Below, in pieces: positions 38,264 to 49,755 of a DNA stretch of 64,000 nt; position 1 is the stretch's first letter, and every line of letters starts with the position of its first letter. The position numbers and the translations under genes are program-made. The DNA is from Podospora anserina (lineage: Eukaryota). The notes under the pieces were generated by a model. That model saw only the letters and a list, made by a program, of their open reading frames with translations. It was not told the origin of the DNA and made no database searches. Location of the stretch: contig CM030332.1 in NCBI GenBank assembly GCA_017654855.1, positions 62,001 through 126,000 on the forward strand, read 5' to 3'.

Positions 38264-39902
38264 CTAGGCCTGGACCTTGTTACCCTGGAGCTGACCTTGG
38301 TTCTGGCCGGAGTTGTTGGAATCAAAGCGCTGCTGCTGCTGCTGCCCCTGCTGTCCCTGATTCTGGCCGGAGTTGTTGGAATCAAAGCGCTGCTGCTGCT
38401 GGCCCTGCTGTCCCTGATTATGGCCGGAGTTGTTGGAATCAAAGCGCTGCTGCTGCTGCCCCTGCTGTCCCTGCTGCCCTTGGAGGGAGCCTGACATCTT
38501 GTCGGCGTCGTTGTTGAAGCAGTCGCGGAGCCTGTTTCTTGGTCAGTTCTCTTGTTCTCACGCCGGGAGAGGCATGAACTCACATGTTGATGTCACCCTG
38601 CTGGCCAGCGACGTAGAGGCACTTCTTGAGCTCGTCCTGGATTTGTCCCCATTGCTGTCCCTGATCCGAAGAGCCAAGAACCTTCTCAGCCTTTGCGTCC
38701 TGCCCATTGGTCATGCCAGGGTTGGTGTTTTGATGCTCGGCACGGCCAGAAAGACGGCCCTGGTTGTTGTTCTCGCCCTTGTTGAGGAGCTGAGAGGACG
38801 AGATACCCTTCTCAAGCTTCTGCTGCATCGGGGTATCCTCCTGATTGTAAGTCTTCATCTGGGCGGGCTGGACAAACTTGGTGGACTCGCTGTCGCCCTC
38901 ATTGTTGGTGCTGGCGCTGGAGCCCTTGGAGGAAGACTGTCCCTGACCGCGGGGCTGGACCTTCTCGTGCTGGGAAATGACAATCGTGGGGACATCCTGC
39001 TCCTTCATGGCTGGGTTCTGGTGTTCACCGCCCTTGATAGCGGACTGGAGCTGCCCGTTGGTCGACTGTTGGCCTTGGTTGCCATTATCCAGATTGATTC
39101 TCTGGTTTTGACCCTGTGTGAGGCCCTCGTCCTTGTTGACGTTGTTGCCGAGTGGCTGCTCAAGCTGGCCGTTTCTCAGGCGCTGTCTCTCTTGCTCGAG
39201 ACTGTTCTGGGGGTAGGCGTTGGACTCGAAACGGCCACCGTTGCCGAGGGCACCAGAGCCCATGGGGCCCTGCTGCTGCTGGCCTTGAACCTCGGAGCGG
39301 CGGACTTGGGTCTTGCCCTTGCCCTCTTGCTGGCGCTCAAGGTTCTGCTGCTGCTGGGGACCAAAGAGAAGCTCCCGGATCTTGTCGAGGGTGGTCATGA
39401 GCTGCCCATTCTCTTGAGCTTGCTGTTGCTGCTGCTGCTGCTGGCCGTTGTTGTTCTTGTGAAGCCCGGAGTTGACCTCGGAGCGGGGCTGGTATTGCTG
39501 CTCCTTGGTGAAGGGGATATTGGAGCCGCCAGACGTAGTCGAAAGCTGGAGGCTCTCGTGATTGAGCTCCTTCTTGCCAAGGTAGTCGCCGGACTTGTCG
39601 TAGAGACCGTTGTTGCCGGTGTTGCTGCCGCCCATCTGGTTTCCGGAGTCGGCGCCGTGGCCAGCGGCGAACATTAGGTCGTGGGAGCGAGTAGACAGAC
39701 CGCCATTGCCGTTCTGGCGGGTCTTGTCAAAGCGGCCTTGCTGACCCTGTTGACCTTGCTGAGCGCCCTGGTCGTTGCCGCTCGAGATGCGGGTGTTTCC
39801 ACCGTTGTGGGGGCAGTTGCCGTTTCCGCAGCTGGAGGCGGGAAGGGCTGAGCCTGTTGCCGCAATGGCGATGGTGGTGAGAACGGTGCGAGAAATATGC
39901 AT
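38264..39902 (-). CDS. Secreted Gln/Asn/Gly-rich low-complexity repeat protein
   Basis: Signal peptide MHISRTVLTTIAIAATGSALP. Intron 38532-38583 (GTGAGT...CTGAC...CAG) joins the long ORF in frame to the repeat exon ending at TAG 38264. Confidence 0.85.
38297..38480 (-). repeat. Three coding tandem repeats of about 57-60 bp (GQQGQQQQRFDSNNSGxNQ)
   Basis: CCGGAGTTGTTGGAATCAAAGCGCTGCTGCTGCT occurs three times on the + strand. Confidence 0.95.
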
Positions 39903-41206
39903 CTTGGCGACAAGAGAGGCTTCAACAAGGACAACTTTTTGGAGCCGACTGGAACTGAGTAGAGAAAGACTGTATGAATGCAGAGATGTATGCGTTGGAT
40001 GATGAGATATTCCAAACGCCAAACCGGGGGAGGAAGATGGAAATATATATCCTTTTCGGTCCTCAACATCCCAACCACGCCCGAGTTGAAGTCAACGAGA
40101 ATTACCCTCTTGTTCTACAGCGTTGAGCAAACCAGCCCGGCCAGAACTCGCCTTGCTGTCTGCGCGAGCCAGAGTGATCGACCACGTCAAGAAAGACACC
40201 AAGCCAGCTCATGGCGACTGGGTAGCAAGAAACAGGCAAGCGCCCGGCTCGTCACCCATACAAACCACGTCGTGACCCGGCCGCTATCGACCACCCACCA
40301 CCTCTGTCACCTCAATCTCGGTGGGGAGAGAGAAAGTCGTGGTCGTCACAGGTTGCAATGGTCCCCCTGGCCTAGGTCATTGCGCTTCTAGACCGGCAGG
40401 CCGATGGTTCCTGTTGCCCAGGTCTGTCAGCTCTCGTGAGGACTGTCCAGTGGCTAACTTGAACGTAACACCCGCCTCCTTGCCCACGTTGACCGTACCT
40501 TTCTGACAACTCCTTTCCACCAAGGCTTTGACAGGCGAAGGAAAGAGAAAAAAAAAGATATCATCTCGGACCATCACCAAAGTTGAGTATGCCAAACATG
40601 TCGTGAAACCGGTCTGTGTTGTTCCACCACCCCAACATCAGCGTGCAACATCAGGCTCCCCATTTGGGCGGTTTGGCACTGCTTGTACTCATCCGAGATC
40701 TGCCAGGTCACTGAATGAGGTTGCTCAACCAGTACGAAATGCCTGTCAGGGACCCTTGCATGTCACCATCGCCCCCTCTTCCACCTCACGTAGCAAGCCG
40801 TTGTGTCGCCATGGTCGGCCATCAGTCGGAGCCTCTTGTCACATATTCTCCTTGCCGTCCAAGCCAGAGGGCAAAAAGTCTTGTTCCACCTCAAACGCCT
40901 TGTCATGCCGATATAGGGAAAGAAAAAAAGTGAAGTGACAAACTATACGCATACATTTTTCCCCTTGATCGCCTGTAATCGTACATACAAATCAACCTGG
41001 TCGCTTTTTTCGCCGCCCTGCTGCATTACCATGACCCCTATGTGCCGCTGTCCCAACGTAGCCGTGGCTCACATGCTGCTGCTGCTGCTGCTCCGGCCAC
41101 CCTGTCCGAGACAGAAAGAGAGAGGTCATTCTCCCAATCTTCTCGAGCATCAGTAAGGAAGCAAAAGAGTGGTTGGACTATTGTTACATGGTGGGGGTGT
41201 TCAGGT

Positions 41207-42943
41207 CTACGCCGTCTTGGGCCCCGAAGTGCTATCTGTTGAGGATGAGGCTGATGTCTCCTCATCCTTGACGAACCAGCTGAACATGGACGACTTCATG
41301 CTCTTCATGGCTTCCTTCTGCATCTTCTCCTGGAGCTCTTGCTCTTCCTTCAGCCACTTCTCGCCATTCTTGCGGATCTCCTCCTCCAGCGCCAAGTAGT
41401 TACGCATGCCTCTCTCACGCGCGATGTCCTGCAGCATCTTGCCCTTGGCAAACGCCTCGGTGGGGTTCTCCTCACCCTCCGTCACCATCAAGCTCATGTT
41501 GCTTGGCTTGAGGCCGAGATGGCTGCTCAGCCAGCCGATGCCGCCGCCCGAGGCCTTAACCTTGTTGGCACCCAGCCTGCGCTGATGCTCGGCGCGGGCG
41601 AGGGCCTCACGGCGGGCAAACTCGACTGGAATGTTCTTGCCCTCGAACGACTTGAGGACTTTGCGGACGTCATCGTACTGCATGGTGTGAATAAACTCCA
41701 AAAAGGGGACGAGATCGATCAGGTCCTTGTCCTTGGGGTTGCCCTTCCACTTGGGGAGGATGATGGCGTTCTCGGGCTGGGCACGGACGTGCTTGGCTTC
41801 GGTGTCGATGATGATCACCTTGGACAGATCACGGTTGAGGTACGACAAATCCTGGAGACACGTGTGTAAGTCTAACGGCGTCCATGTCAGATAGGGGAGG
41901 GCTGGCAGTCATACCTTGATGATCTCGCCATCCTTGTACTTTGTGGCTTCACGGAAGAGGGGCCACATAATGAAACGGTAGGGATCCAGTTTGCGCACCA
42001 GCGGCTCGCCGGTGCCCCAGGGGACGGTGGTGAAGAGGACGATTTCGTAGTACTGCGAGAGGTAGTGCAAAAAGTAGTCCACGCCCGGCCGCTTTGCCAC
42101 ACGCCATCCATGCTCACGACTCCATTCGCTGTGAATCAGCATATCCTCCAGACTGATGCACAAGGTGTAGGGACGCTCAAAGGACGGGTCAGGGTCGGGG
42201 AGCAGCTTCTCAAATGACGGCTCCTGATAGTATGTGACAGTCTCCGTCATGCGTGACACGGCGCGCTTCCACCAGAGCCCCAGACTCCAGCCGTTGCCAA
42301 CACTGGGGTTTTTGGCGAGCTCCTCCTCGCTCCATTCCCTGCCCAGATACACGGTGCCTCCGACAGCACCCAAGCCAGCAGAGGCGAGTGCGAAATAGGT
42401 CCACCACTTCCGCTTGCGCTCCGACGACGAGACATAGGCAGAAGCGGGAAGCTCACCCTTTGGCCTCTTTCTCCCGCCGCTGCCACCCCCATCACCACCG
42501 CTCCCAGCACCCGCCGCTTCGGCCTCCGAAGCCGCCTCGTCTCCGATGGTGGACTTGTCTGTAGCACCGGCCCGTTCGTATTCCAAAGTCGAAGGGATGC
42601 CCTGTGTCAGGTCTGGAAGCTTGGACAGATCGGGTATCGGTTCTTCGGGCTCCTGTTCCTGGGGTGTGGTTGACTTGGCCTCTGTCTCGGCGGCCGACGA
42701 CGGTGGTGGCGGTGGTGGTGGTGGTGATGGCGGGGCATCTGGTTGCTTTAGTTGCTGCTGCTGTTCGGCAGCGGCCTTTTGTGACGGTGACTGTTTTGGA
42801 GCATTAAACCTCGACTTGTTGTCCTTGGCCATTCCTCGGGCCCATACGGCCGGCAATGTCTGGCGGGGGAGGGCCGACGACGCCGCAAAAGCCGCAGCTC
42901 TCGCACCCGCAACCGGGCGCGCAGCAGCTCGTGCCAGCATCAT
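41207..42943 (-). CDS. TIM50: Mitochondrial import inner membrane translocase subunit Tim50
   Basis: Presequence, single TM, and FCP1-like domain LLPDP...YTLCISLED...WSREHGWRVAKRPGVDYFL, KDLSYLNRDLSKVII, DDVR. Intron 41852-41914. Confidence 0.95.
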
Positions 42944-43976
42944 GACTTTTGTTGTCTGGATGTTGCTGCTTCAGTCTCTCGGGGGTCCTCCTCGGTCTCG
43001 GCTACGGTCGGCGATATCGTATGAAAGAATGGAAGTGAAAGCAGCTGGATGTGAAGATGGGTTGCAAGTCGTCAAAGTGCTCCAACCTCAATGACAGCTG
43101 AACAACTGACCAGTCGAGGCCCATACCTTGGTCCAAAGCTCTGACCAAAAAATCTCAAAACCTTCTTGCTGCACATCTGCCAAGCAGTCGTTGGAGTCAG
43201 AAAAAGCCCACACAACCCCTGCCACTGCCGGCCATCTGCCACCTGCCAGGCCAATCGCATGTTCTCAACTCGATCGCCGATAAGCCGATAAGCCCGCAGT
43301 GGTGGGTGCAGTCTTTCGTCATGGTGAACTGGCTGTCGGAGAGTCCCGCTCTCACGTGCCCCACCCTTGTGATGCCCCGCATGCCATTGAGCATTGAGCC
43401 ATGGGATTCGGTTCAATCATCAACTGCCTTTCTGCAACGATGCAGTCGTCGAACCTGTGCCTGAAGTACCTGCCCTCCCCTGTGAGATTGAACCTATCAT
43501 TCATCCATTTCCCCTCATCTACCTGGTTTGGTTTAAAAGTCGCGGCTGTTTCCTCCTCCTGGTTCTCCGTTCTCCACCCCTGCGATTCCATGATTCGCAC
43601 CTTCATCCCAGCCAAAGCATCAATTCTTCTGTCACATCTGCCTGCCATGGCCGCCGCGGATGCATTCTAGAGGGTGGTCCACGAGTCGACTTTTTCCAGT
43701 GCTCACCATGGGACCACCCTCTGAGTTCTGCATTTGCGCCCGCCCAACAAGCACCCAGACTGTGCCTTTGCGATTAGCTGTTACAAACCAGGATTGACCG
43801 TAGGTTTCATCAGTCCGTCCCTCCAGCAAACATTTGCCACTACTAACTCGTAACTCGGCACTACACAGCCTTACTTTCGCCTTTTGCAAGCCAAGACTGA
43901 GCATTTACTCAACTTCCAACCTCCAAACCACGCCCATATCCTTCCTCATAGATACCACGGTATAGAGTAGCGCAGC

Positions 43977-44969
43977 ATGGCCCGCCGAACGACGGCAAAG
44001 GGCCCTCGTGCCCGCGCCATTGCCTCCTCCTCTCTCGCCTCGTCCTCCGCCCGCCCCACGCCGGTTCCTTCGAGCGACGCGACCCCGGTCAGCTCGACCT
44101 ACCCATCTACTTATGCCTCCGAGGCAGAACACGACTTGGATGATGACATATTGAAGAAGATGCACGGATTGACCATCTCCGATACGCCCGGCGATTCTAT
44201 CACCGCGGCCGTGGTCAAGAAGGCCGAGCCAAAGAAGCCGTTCCGGTTCTTGGATCTGCCACCCGAGCTCCGGATCACCATTTATGGTTATTATTTTGCC
44301 GATGTCGACCGTGTTCTCGACCTTGATCCGGCAAATTACAAGCGCATCCACAAGAAGCTGGGCCTCATGCGCTCATGCAAGACGATTTACTATGAGGCAA
44401 CCCACATGTTTTACAGCAGCCGTACTTTCCGGCTGTTCCCTACGCATCCGGGCCGCTACTTCAAGACGAAGAAGCCTCTCCTTGCGCGCCTCAAACCACG
44501 TCAGCGTAACTGCTTGACATCCCTAGAGTTGCGGCTCGGCCCCGGCTGGAGCAAACCTCCCCGCGGATGGGTTGTGAACCCAGCGCTCGGGCTTGCTGAT
44601 TGCGTCAACGTGCGCAAACTGACCGTTTTTGTCGAGTGCGATCCCAGTGATGGCATCTTCAACGGCTTCCGTCGTCACGATGGATATTACGAAGGCTTCA
44701 GCACCAGCCTTCTCAGCAGCGTTTTGGATGAGATGCCATTTATCGACTGCTTGACTTTTGACGCCTGGTCAAGCGTCAAGAAATCGGGCGCCATGATGCG
44801 TGCTCTGCTGGAACTTGCATATGCACGGGGCTTGTCAGTTCGCTGGGGTCCTGAAAGGGGTTGGGCCGACTTTGAAGACGAGGTGGAGGCTGTCCCCGAA
44901 GGCCATGTTGCTAATAATGCTATGTTGAACCAGGCTCCGCTTGGGATTGGGGTTGCGGTTGTGGCTTGA
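43977..44969 (+). CDS. Conserved hypothetical protein with F-box-like motif
   Basis: 330-aa intronless ORF with coding-like codon usage and PFRFLDLPPELRITIYGYY. Confidence 0.75.
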   Translation: MARRTTAKGPRARAIASSSLASSSARPTPVPSSDATPVSSTYPSTYASEAEHDLDDDILKKMHGLTISDTPGDSITAAVVKKAEPKKPFRFLDLPPELRITIYGYYFADVDRVLDLDPANYKRIHKKLGLMRSCKTIYYEATHMFYSSRTFRLFPTHPGRYFKTKKPLLARLKPRQRNCLTSLELRLGPGWSKPPRGWVVNPALGLADCVNVRKLTVFVECDPSDGIFNGFRRHDGYYEGFSTSLLSSVLDEMPFIDCLTFDAWSSVKKSGAMMRALLELAYARGLSVRWGPERGWADFEDEVEAVPEGHVANNAMLNQAPLGIGVAVVA

Positions 44970-45382
44970 GGGTTTTCTTTTCTTTGGTTTGTGGACAACG
45001 GTTGGGTAGCATGGGTATGGGCAACGGTTGGGTACGGTCATCATGATTATGAGCATATATGTTGTATTACGCATCTCATCACTTCACTCATTCCAACGGT
45101 GGATATTTTGCTGATTGTTGCCGCTATTGCTCTGTGTTGCAGCAAGTATACCATCGAGGTCGTACTGATGAGTTTATGCTCACCTAACACCCTAGCATAT
45201 CGAAAACCCACCGGCCTGCAGGTGTGCAAACAAAGGCGTTCGAGTTGTTGCCGTTATTACCGTCGGCGGCGAGTTAAACCCACAAGCCTCGACCGCGATT
45301 TGCTCAGGAACGAGCTGTGTTTGGCTGGCCCGCCCGAGAGTAACCGGAACTCCGCGGACTAGTTCACCTTTAAAGACCCCAC

Positions 45383-45476
45383 CCATCATCATCATCATCA
45401 CCATCATCACCATCATCACCATCATCACCATCATCACCATCATCACCATCATCACCATCACCACCATCACCATCAT
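45383..45476 (+). repeat. CAT/CAC microsatellite, mostly (CCATCATCA)n
   Basis: About 94 bp of near-perfect repeat, ending about 47 bp upstream of the NMO ATG. Confidence 0.95.
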
Positions 45477-45523
45477 TGACAACTGCCCTGAGCCAAACGC
45501 ACCAAACTATCGATACTGTCAAA

Positions 45524-46633
45524 ATGGCCGCCTCATCCATCCGCAACTCACTCAAGAGCCACTACCCCTGGGCCGCCTTCCCATTGATCATCTCAGCCCC
45601 CATGCGTGTCATGTCCGGCCCTGCTCTCGCCCTCGCCGTCTCTGAGGCTGGAGGTTTGGGGTTCATCGGCCCGGGTATCAAGCCCGAGTCCATCCTGACT
45701 GATCTGACCGAAGCCGCCTCGCTATGTTCACAGCGGGCTTCTGACGCTACACGGCTCAGTGTCCAAGACGAGGGGGTTCTACCTGTTGGGATTGGGTTCC
45801 AGCTGTGGAATGGTGATCTCGGTTCGGCGAAGGAGGCGGCGGAAAAGTTTATCCCGGCGGCGATTTGGCTTTTTGCGCCAAAGGATGGGCAAAAGGATGT
45901 TGACGACTGGACTGAGGTGTTGAGAGGGGTGACCAAGGGGAGGAGTCAGATTTGGTTGCAGGTTGGGACTGTGGGTGAGGCGGTTGAGGCGGCAGAGTCG
46001 AAACGGGGGAGGCCAGATGTGCTGGTTGTCCAGGGACAGGAAGCGGGTGGGCATGGGAGGACGAGTGATGGGGCTAGTTTGGGGACGTTGGTGCCTGAAA
46101 TCAAAGATACACTGGAGGAAAGGGGTGCAGGTGACATTCCACTGTTTGCGGCAGGAGGGATTGCTGATGGGAGGGGTGTGGCTGCGGCTCTGTGCCTGGG
46201 GGCATCCGGGGTGGTCATGGGGACAAGGTTTCTGTGTTCAAACGAGGCGAGAATCAAAAAGGGTTACCAGGACGCTGTGCTTGAGGCTAAAGACGGCGGA
46301 AAGAATACAGTTAGGACACATCTGTACAATCACCTGAGGGGAACGTTTGGGTGGCCGGAAGAGAGGTGGGCGCCGAGGACAATCGTCAACAGAAGTTGGG
46401 AGGAACACACTCAGGGTGGCAGTTCTTTTGATCAGCTGAAGGAGAAACACGACCAGAGTGTGAAAGAAGACGGCGATAAAGCCTGGGGAAGACAGACTGG
46501 CAGGACGGCAACATATGCTGGCAGTGGCGTTGGTTTGGTCAGAAGTGTTGACCCGGCAGGCGAAATTGTCGAGAAGACAAGGGAAGAGGCAAAGAAGATT
46601 TTGAGGGGCCTGCAGAGTGGGCTGCAGGTTTAG
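45524..46633 (+). CDS. Nitronate monooxygenase / 2-nitropropane dioxygenase family FMN oxidoreductase
   Basis: PLIISAPM, AVSEAGGLGFIG, VQGQEAGGHG, AAGGIADGRGVAAALCLGASGVVMGTRF, YAGSGVGLV. Confidence 0.92.
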   Translation: MAASSIRNSLKSHYPWAAFPLIISAPMRVMSGPALALAVSEAGGLGFIGPGIKPESILTDLTEAASLCSQRASDATRLSVQDEGVLPVGIGFQLWNGDLGSAKEAAEKFIPAAIWLFAPKDGQKDVDDWTEVLRGVTKGRSQIWLQVGTVGEAVEAAESKRGRPDVLVVQGQEAGGHGRTSDGASLGTLVPEIKDTLEERGAGDIPLFAAGGIADGRGVAAALCLGASGVVMGTRFLCSNEARIKKGYQDAVLEAKDGGKNTVRTHLYNHLRGTFGWPEERWAPRTIVNRSWEEHTQGGSSFDQLKEKHDQSVKEDGDKAWGRQTGRTATYAGSGVGLVRSVDPAGEIVEKTREEAKKILRGLQSGLQV

Positions 46634-49013
46634 ACAGGCCATAGGCTGTTTTAACAAGGAGATTCTCGTACCACAAAACCATAAACAGGTGCCTCAGTGC
46701 ATGCTCTGCAGGAGCTCGACGGCTTTCTAGCGACATTAGCTGGCAACACAGAGGTGATGTACTTGTCCCTCGTGATAGTATTCTGGTGTTTGTTGACTGA
46801 AGTGGATACCTCTAATCGCTTCAGGGGTTCAGGGGCATGTAAACAGGCAACAAGGATGAGAAAAATGCCGCCACCACCACCCCTGCTGTAGGTAGTCAAT
46901 TGTGAAAACCCAAAAGTCCGACTCTGTAACCACAAAGACGTCCATCCACACCATCTAACCCAGCTTCGAAAGATGGATGGGAAGATTTCCCACGACTAAC
47001 ATGTAGCAGTGAAGCAGTCTGATCAGAAGGTGACATTGCCACAAAAGATATCGCTATCGAGATCGTCCCAATCTAGACGACTCAAGGTTATATATGTGAT
47101 ACCTCTGTCTCCTCCTCCTGATGTCATGCAGAGGGCTTCAATCATGAAGCCTGAGACACGGTTCGCTGCGGAAAGGTCATCTGCAGTTAACAGAGACATG
47201 CTACCATGTCGTACGACAGTAACATCACAGGAAGAAAAACACTGCACTCGGTGGCGGTTAGGAGAGACGCATTCTCCAGCTTCCAGATGAGGGAGCCTGA
47301 GCCGCTGCCCCCCACAATGCTACCGTCATGATCCCCATTCGATGTGATAATGCCATGACTGATCCCCGGCACTACACCCCGAATCCCATCTCATGCTGAT
47401 CCAGATCTCCACAGATACTCTCTCCAAGCGCTTGGTTCAGTCTCGGCAGTCAGCTGCAGGCAGGAAGAAAATGTGAACGGCAAGTCCTCTGCATGCATGA
47501 AGCCGCCCTCCCGGTCAGGTTCGGTGAAAAGATCCAGGTAACAATCCACTCCATCTCTCCAGTTCGGCAGAAAGCTCCGTCCCGCGTGCGAAGACTACTT
47601 GATTCGGGGTCTAGATCCCAAGGCTTCCGTCCCATCTCAGGAACTTTCAACCTGACATATGGCCATTGTTGGAAGTCCGACGCAGCTAGGAACAACAGAC
47701 GAGGAAACGTGGGAGGCGTGTCAAACAACGTGCAGCGTGGCCTGGACTGCTGCCAATTCAGCTTTCATCAAAGAAAGCAACTTGAACCATGAAAATGGTA
47801 CGTATGAAAAAACAATCCAAGACTGGGGAAAGCCCCAGTCAAGCTTCCCTTCCACCCGCTAATTACCCCCATCCAAGGCCTAGGGCTTGCTTGTTTGTCT
47901 AGGTCATCAGCCCTCTCAGCCGTTTCTATCTTTTAGTTGCCCCCTTCTTTGCTCCCAGTCCCAAAGGAGGGTTGGTGACATCTTGGCAGTGAGAACGTGG
48001 GTTTGCCAAGATGAAGTCGGTGCACCCCAAAGCAAGGGCCATCGACCTTAATCCAACCGCGCCGTACGAGGTCCGACGTGGTGAGTAATTGGGGAGGCAA
48101 GCGGCACATCCCGTTGATCGTGGCCAAATGTCTAGCGAGGATGGCACCAGGGTCTTGTGGGGTGACGAGAGAATGTTGTGAGCAAGATCTTGCTGCTGCT
48201 TGCGCTAGTTTGTGCTGCCATCCATTGCATCGCATGTCGATGTTACTTTTACGGTCGAGGGCCTGCTCAGGTGACGGATGACCATAGTAGGAGAAGACCG
48301 AGGAGCGGACAATCATCCGAGAGGTTCTGATAGGGTCCCTCCCATTGCCCCCTGGCAGATCCCACACGTTGGTGCTGCTGCATTTTTCATACGTACCATT
48401 ATTGAACGACGAGCTGACAGTTCGTGGGTGAGGCGAGACCGATCTCATTCAAACAGACCCGAGAGATCGGTAGTCCCGAAAAAACAGTCTAGGTCTGCAC
48501 TCCAAGGTAAATGAAACCAACACTACACTAGCAAATTCAGGGTCCAGCTGGGGTGGGATGTTGAATACCTAACCTTGACTATGCACCTCAACTCGAACTA
48601 GGACAGATGTGGACTCTCTTTGTTCTACCAATTCGCATGTCAGACTGATTGAAAATGGGCACACAGGAGAAAAGAAGACATTCTTATCAAGCCAATGTGT
48701 GAGCTGGCAGCGATCCTACGGCCAATATCTGGAATTTCTGACGGAAAGCGTGTCGGTCGTCTGTAGTAAGGTAGTCAGCCATGTGTAGTTGCAGCCAAGC
48801 AGTCTTGGCTAAATCACGACAGGCCAAGACCACCAAGAACACCAAGAACCCAAGACCTGGATTGGCTGGCTCCGCGCTCCGAACCCGGTCGAGCATCAAG
48901 CCTCAACAGCCACGACGACTTGGCGGCCATCGAGAACCAATGTCAAACCCCAAAGTTTGTCTTTTTTGGCAGCTGTGGCGGGCAACCCCCACTGAACCGA
49001 ATAAGAGGCTGTC

Positions 49014-49023
49014 ATGACGCCAT
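49014..49023 (+). promoter_or_regulatory. CYS-3/MetR-type bZIP site ATGACGCCAT
   Basis: Exact match to ATGRYRYCAT, about 740 bp upstream of the MFS transporter ATG. Confidence 0.35.
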
Positions 49024-49755
49024 TCCTGGGATAGAAGGGCTGGGCGCGAGATAGCGGTGGACTCGGGCTCTCAGCAACGTCAGTCAAAAAAACACAATGG
49101 TGGAATCTGGTGATAACGGTCAGCATCTTGTCGGAAAATTCGTAGCAAACAATGCAGGCCGGCCAAGGGCTGCCCGCTACCGTCGGTTTGGTCGGGGAAG
49201 AAGCGGGATAGCCAAGACCCGAAGGCCCTCTGGAGTCTTTATGGTCGACCGCCTATCACGTTCGCCTCCCCGCGCAGTCGCCCACAATGGCGTATTGCGT
49301 GCTCACCGCGGGGCATTTCACCATCAGCGCCATCCACACCAGTGATGCCCACCAGCTCCCCGGCCCAGTCCAGAGTGCAGAACCGCAGATGCAGCCACGG
49401 TAGACAGAGGGAAATCCTGCGCGGCTGCTCCGCTCTCGTTGCCCTTGTCGTTCTGGGCTTTTCCGCCTGCCTGCGGGATGCCCTCGGGCACATGGGGAGG
49501 GGGTTGGAGAGCAGCGAAGAAAACCTTGAGCAAAAGAGAGGCTGATTTACTTGGCGACATTGGTCGAGCTGGTTATAAGGCCAGGTCCCATCGGCACTCC
49601 TTTGCCTCTCGATCCAGATAGAACCAGTGGTTGTGTGTCTTTTGTGAGTGGGTATCCCGTCTGCCGATACTCCCAACTCATCACCCACAACCCCAAGTTC
49701 TACATCACTCACAACACCCGCCGGCAGGGCCCATACACAAAGCCCGCTATCCATC

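Noticed and set aside
38430-39677. 415-aa Leu-rich plus-strand ORF resembling a membrane protein
   Set aside because: Antisense of CAG/CAA-rich codons of the secreted Q-rich gene, which has the signal peptide and a proper intron.
45363-45479. Poly-His peptide (about 31 His), and poly-Met/Asp ORFs on the minus strand
   Set aside because: The His frame is bounded by TAG 45360 and TGA 45477 with no ATG; all are by-products of the microsatellite.
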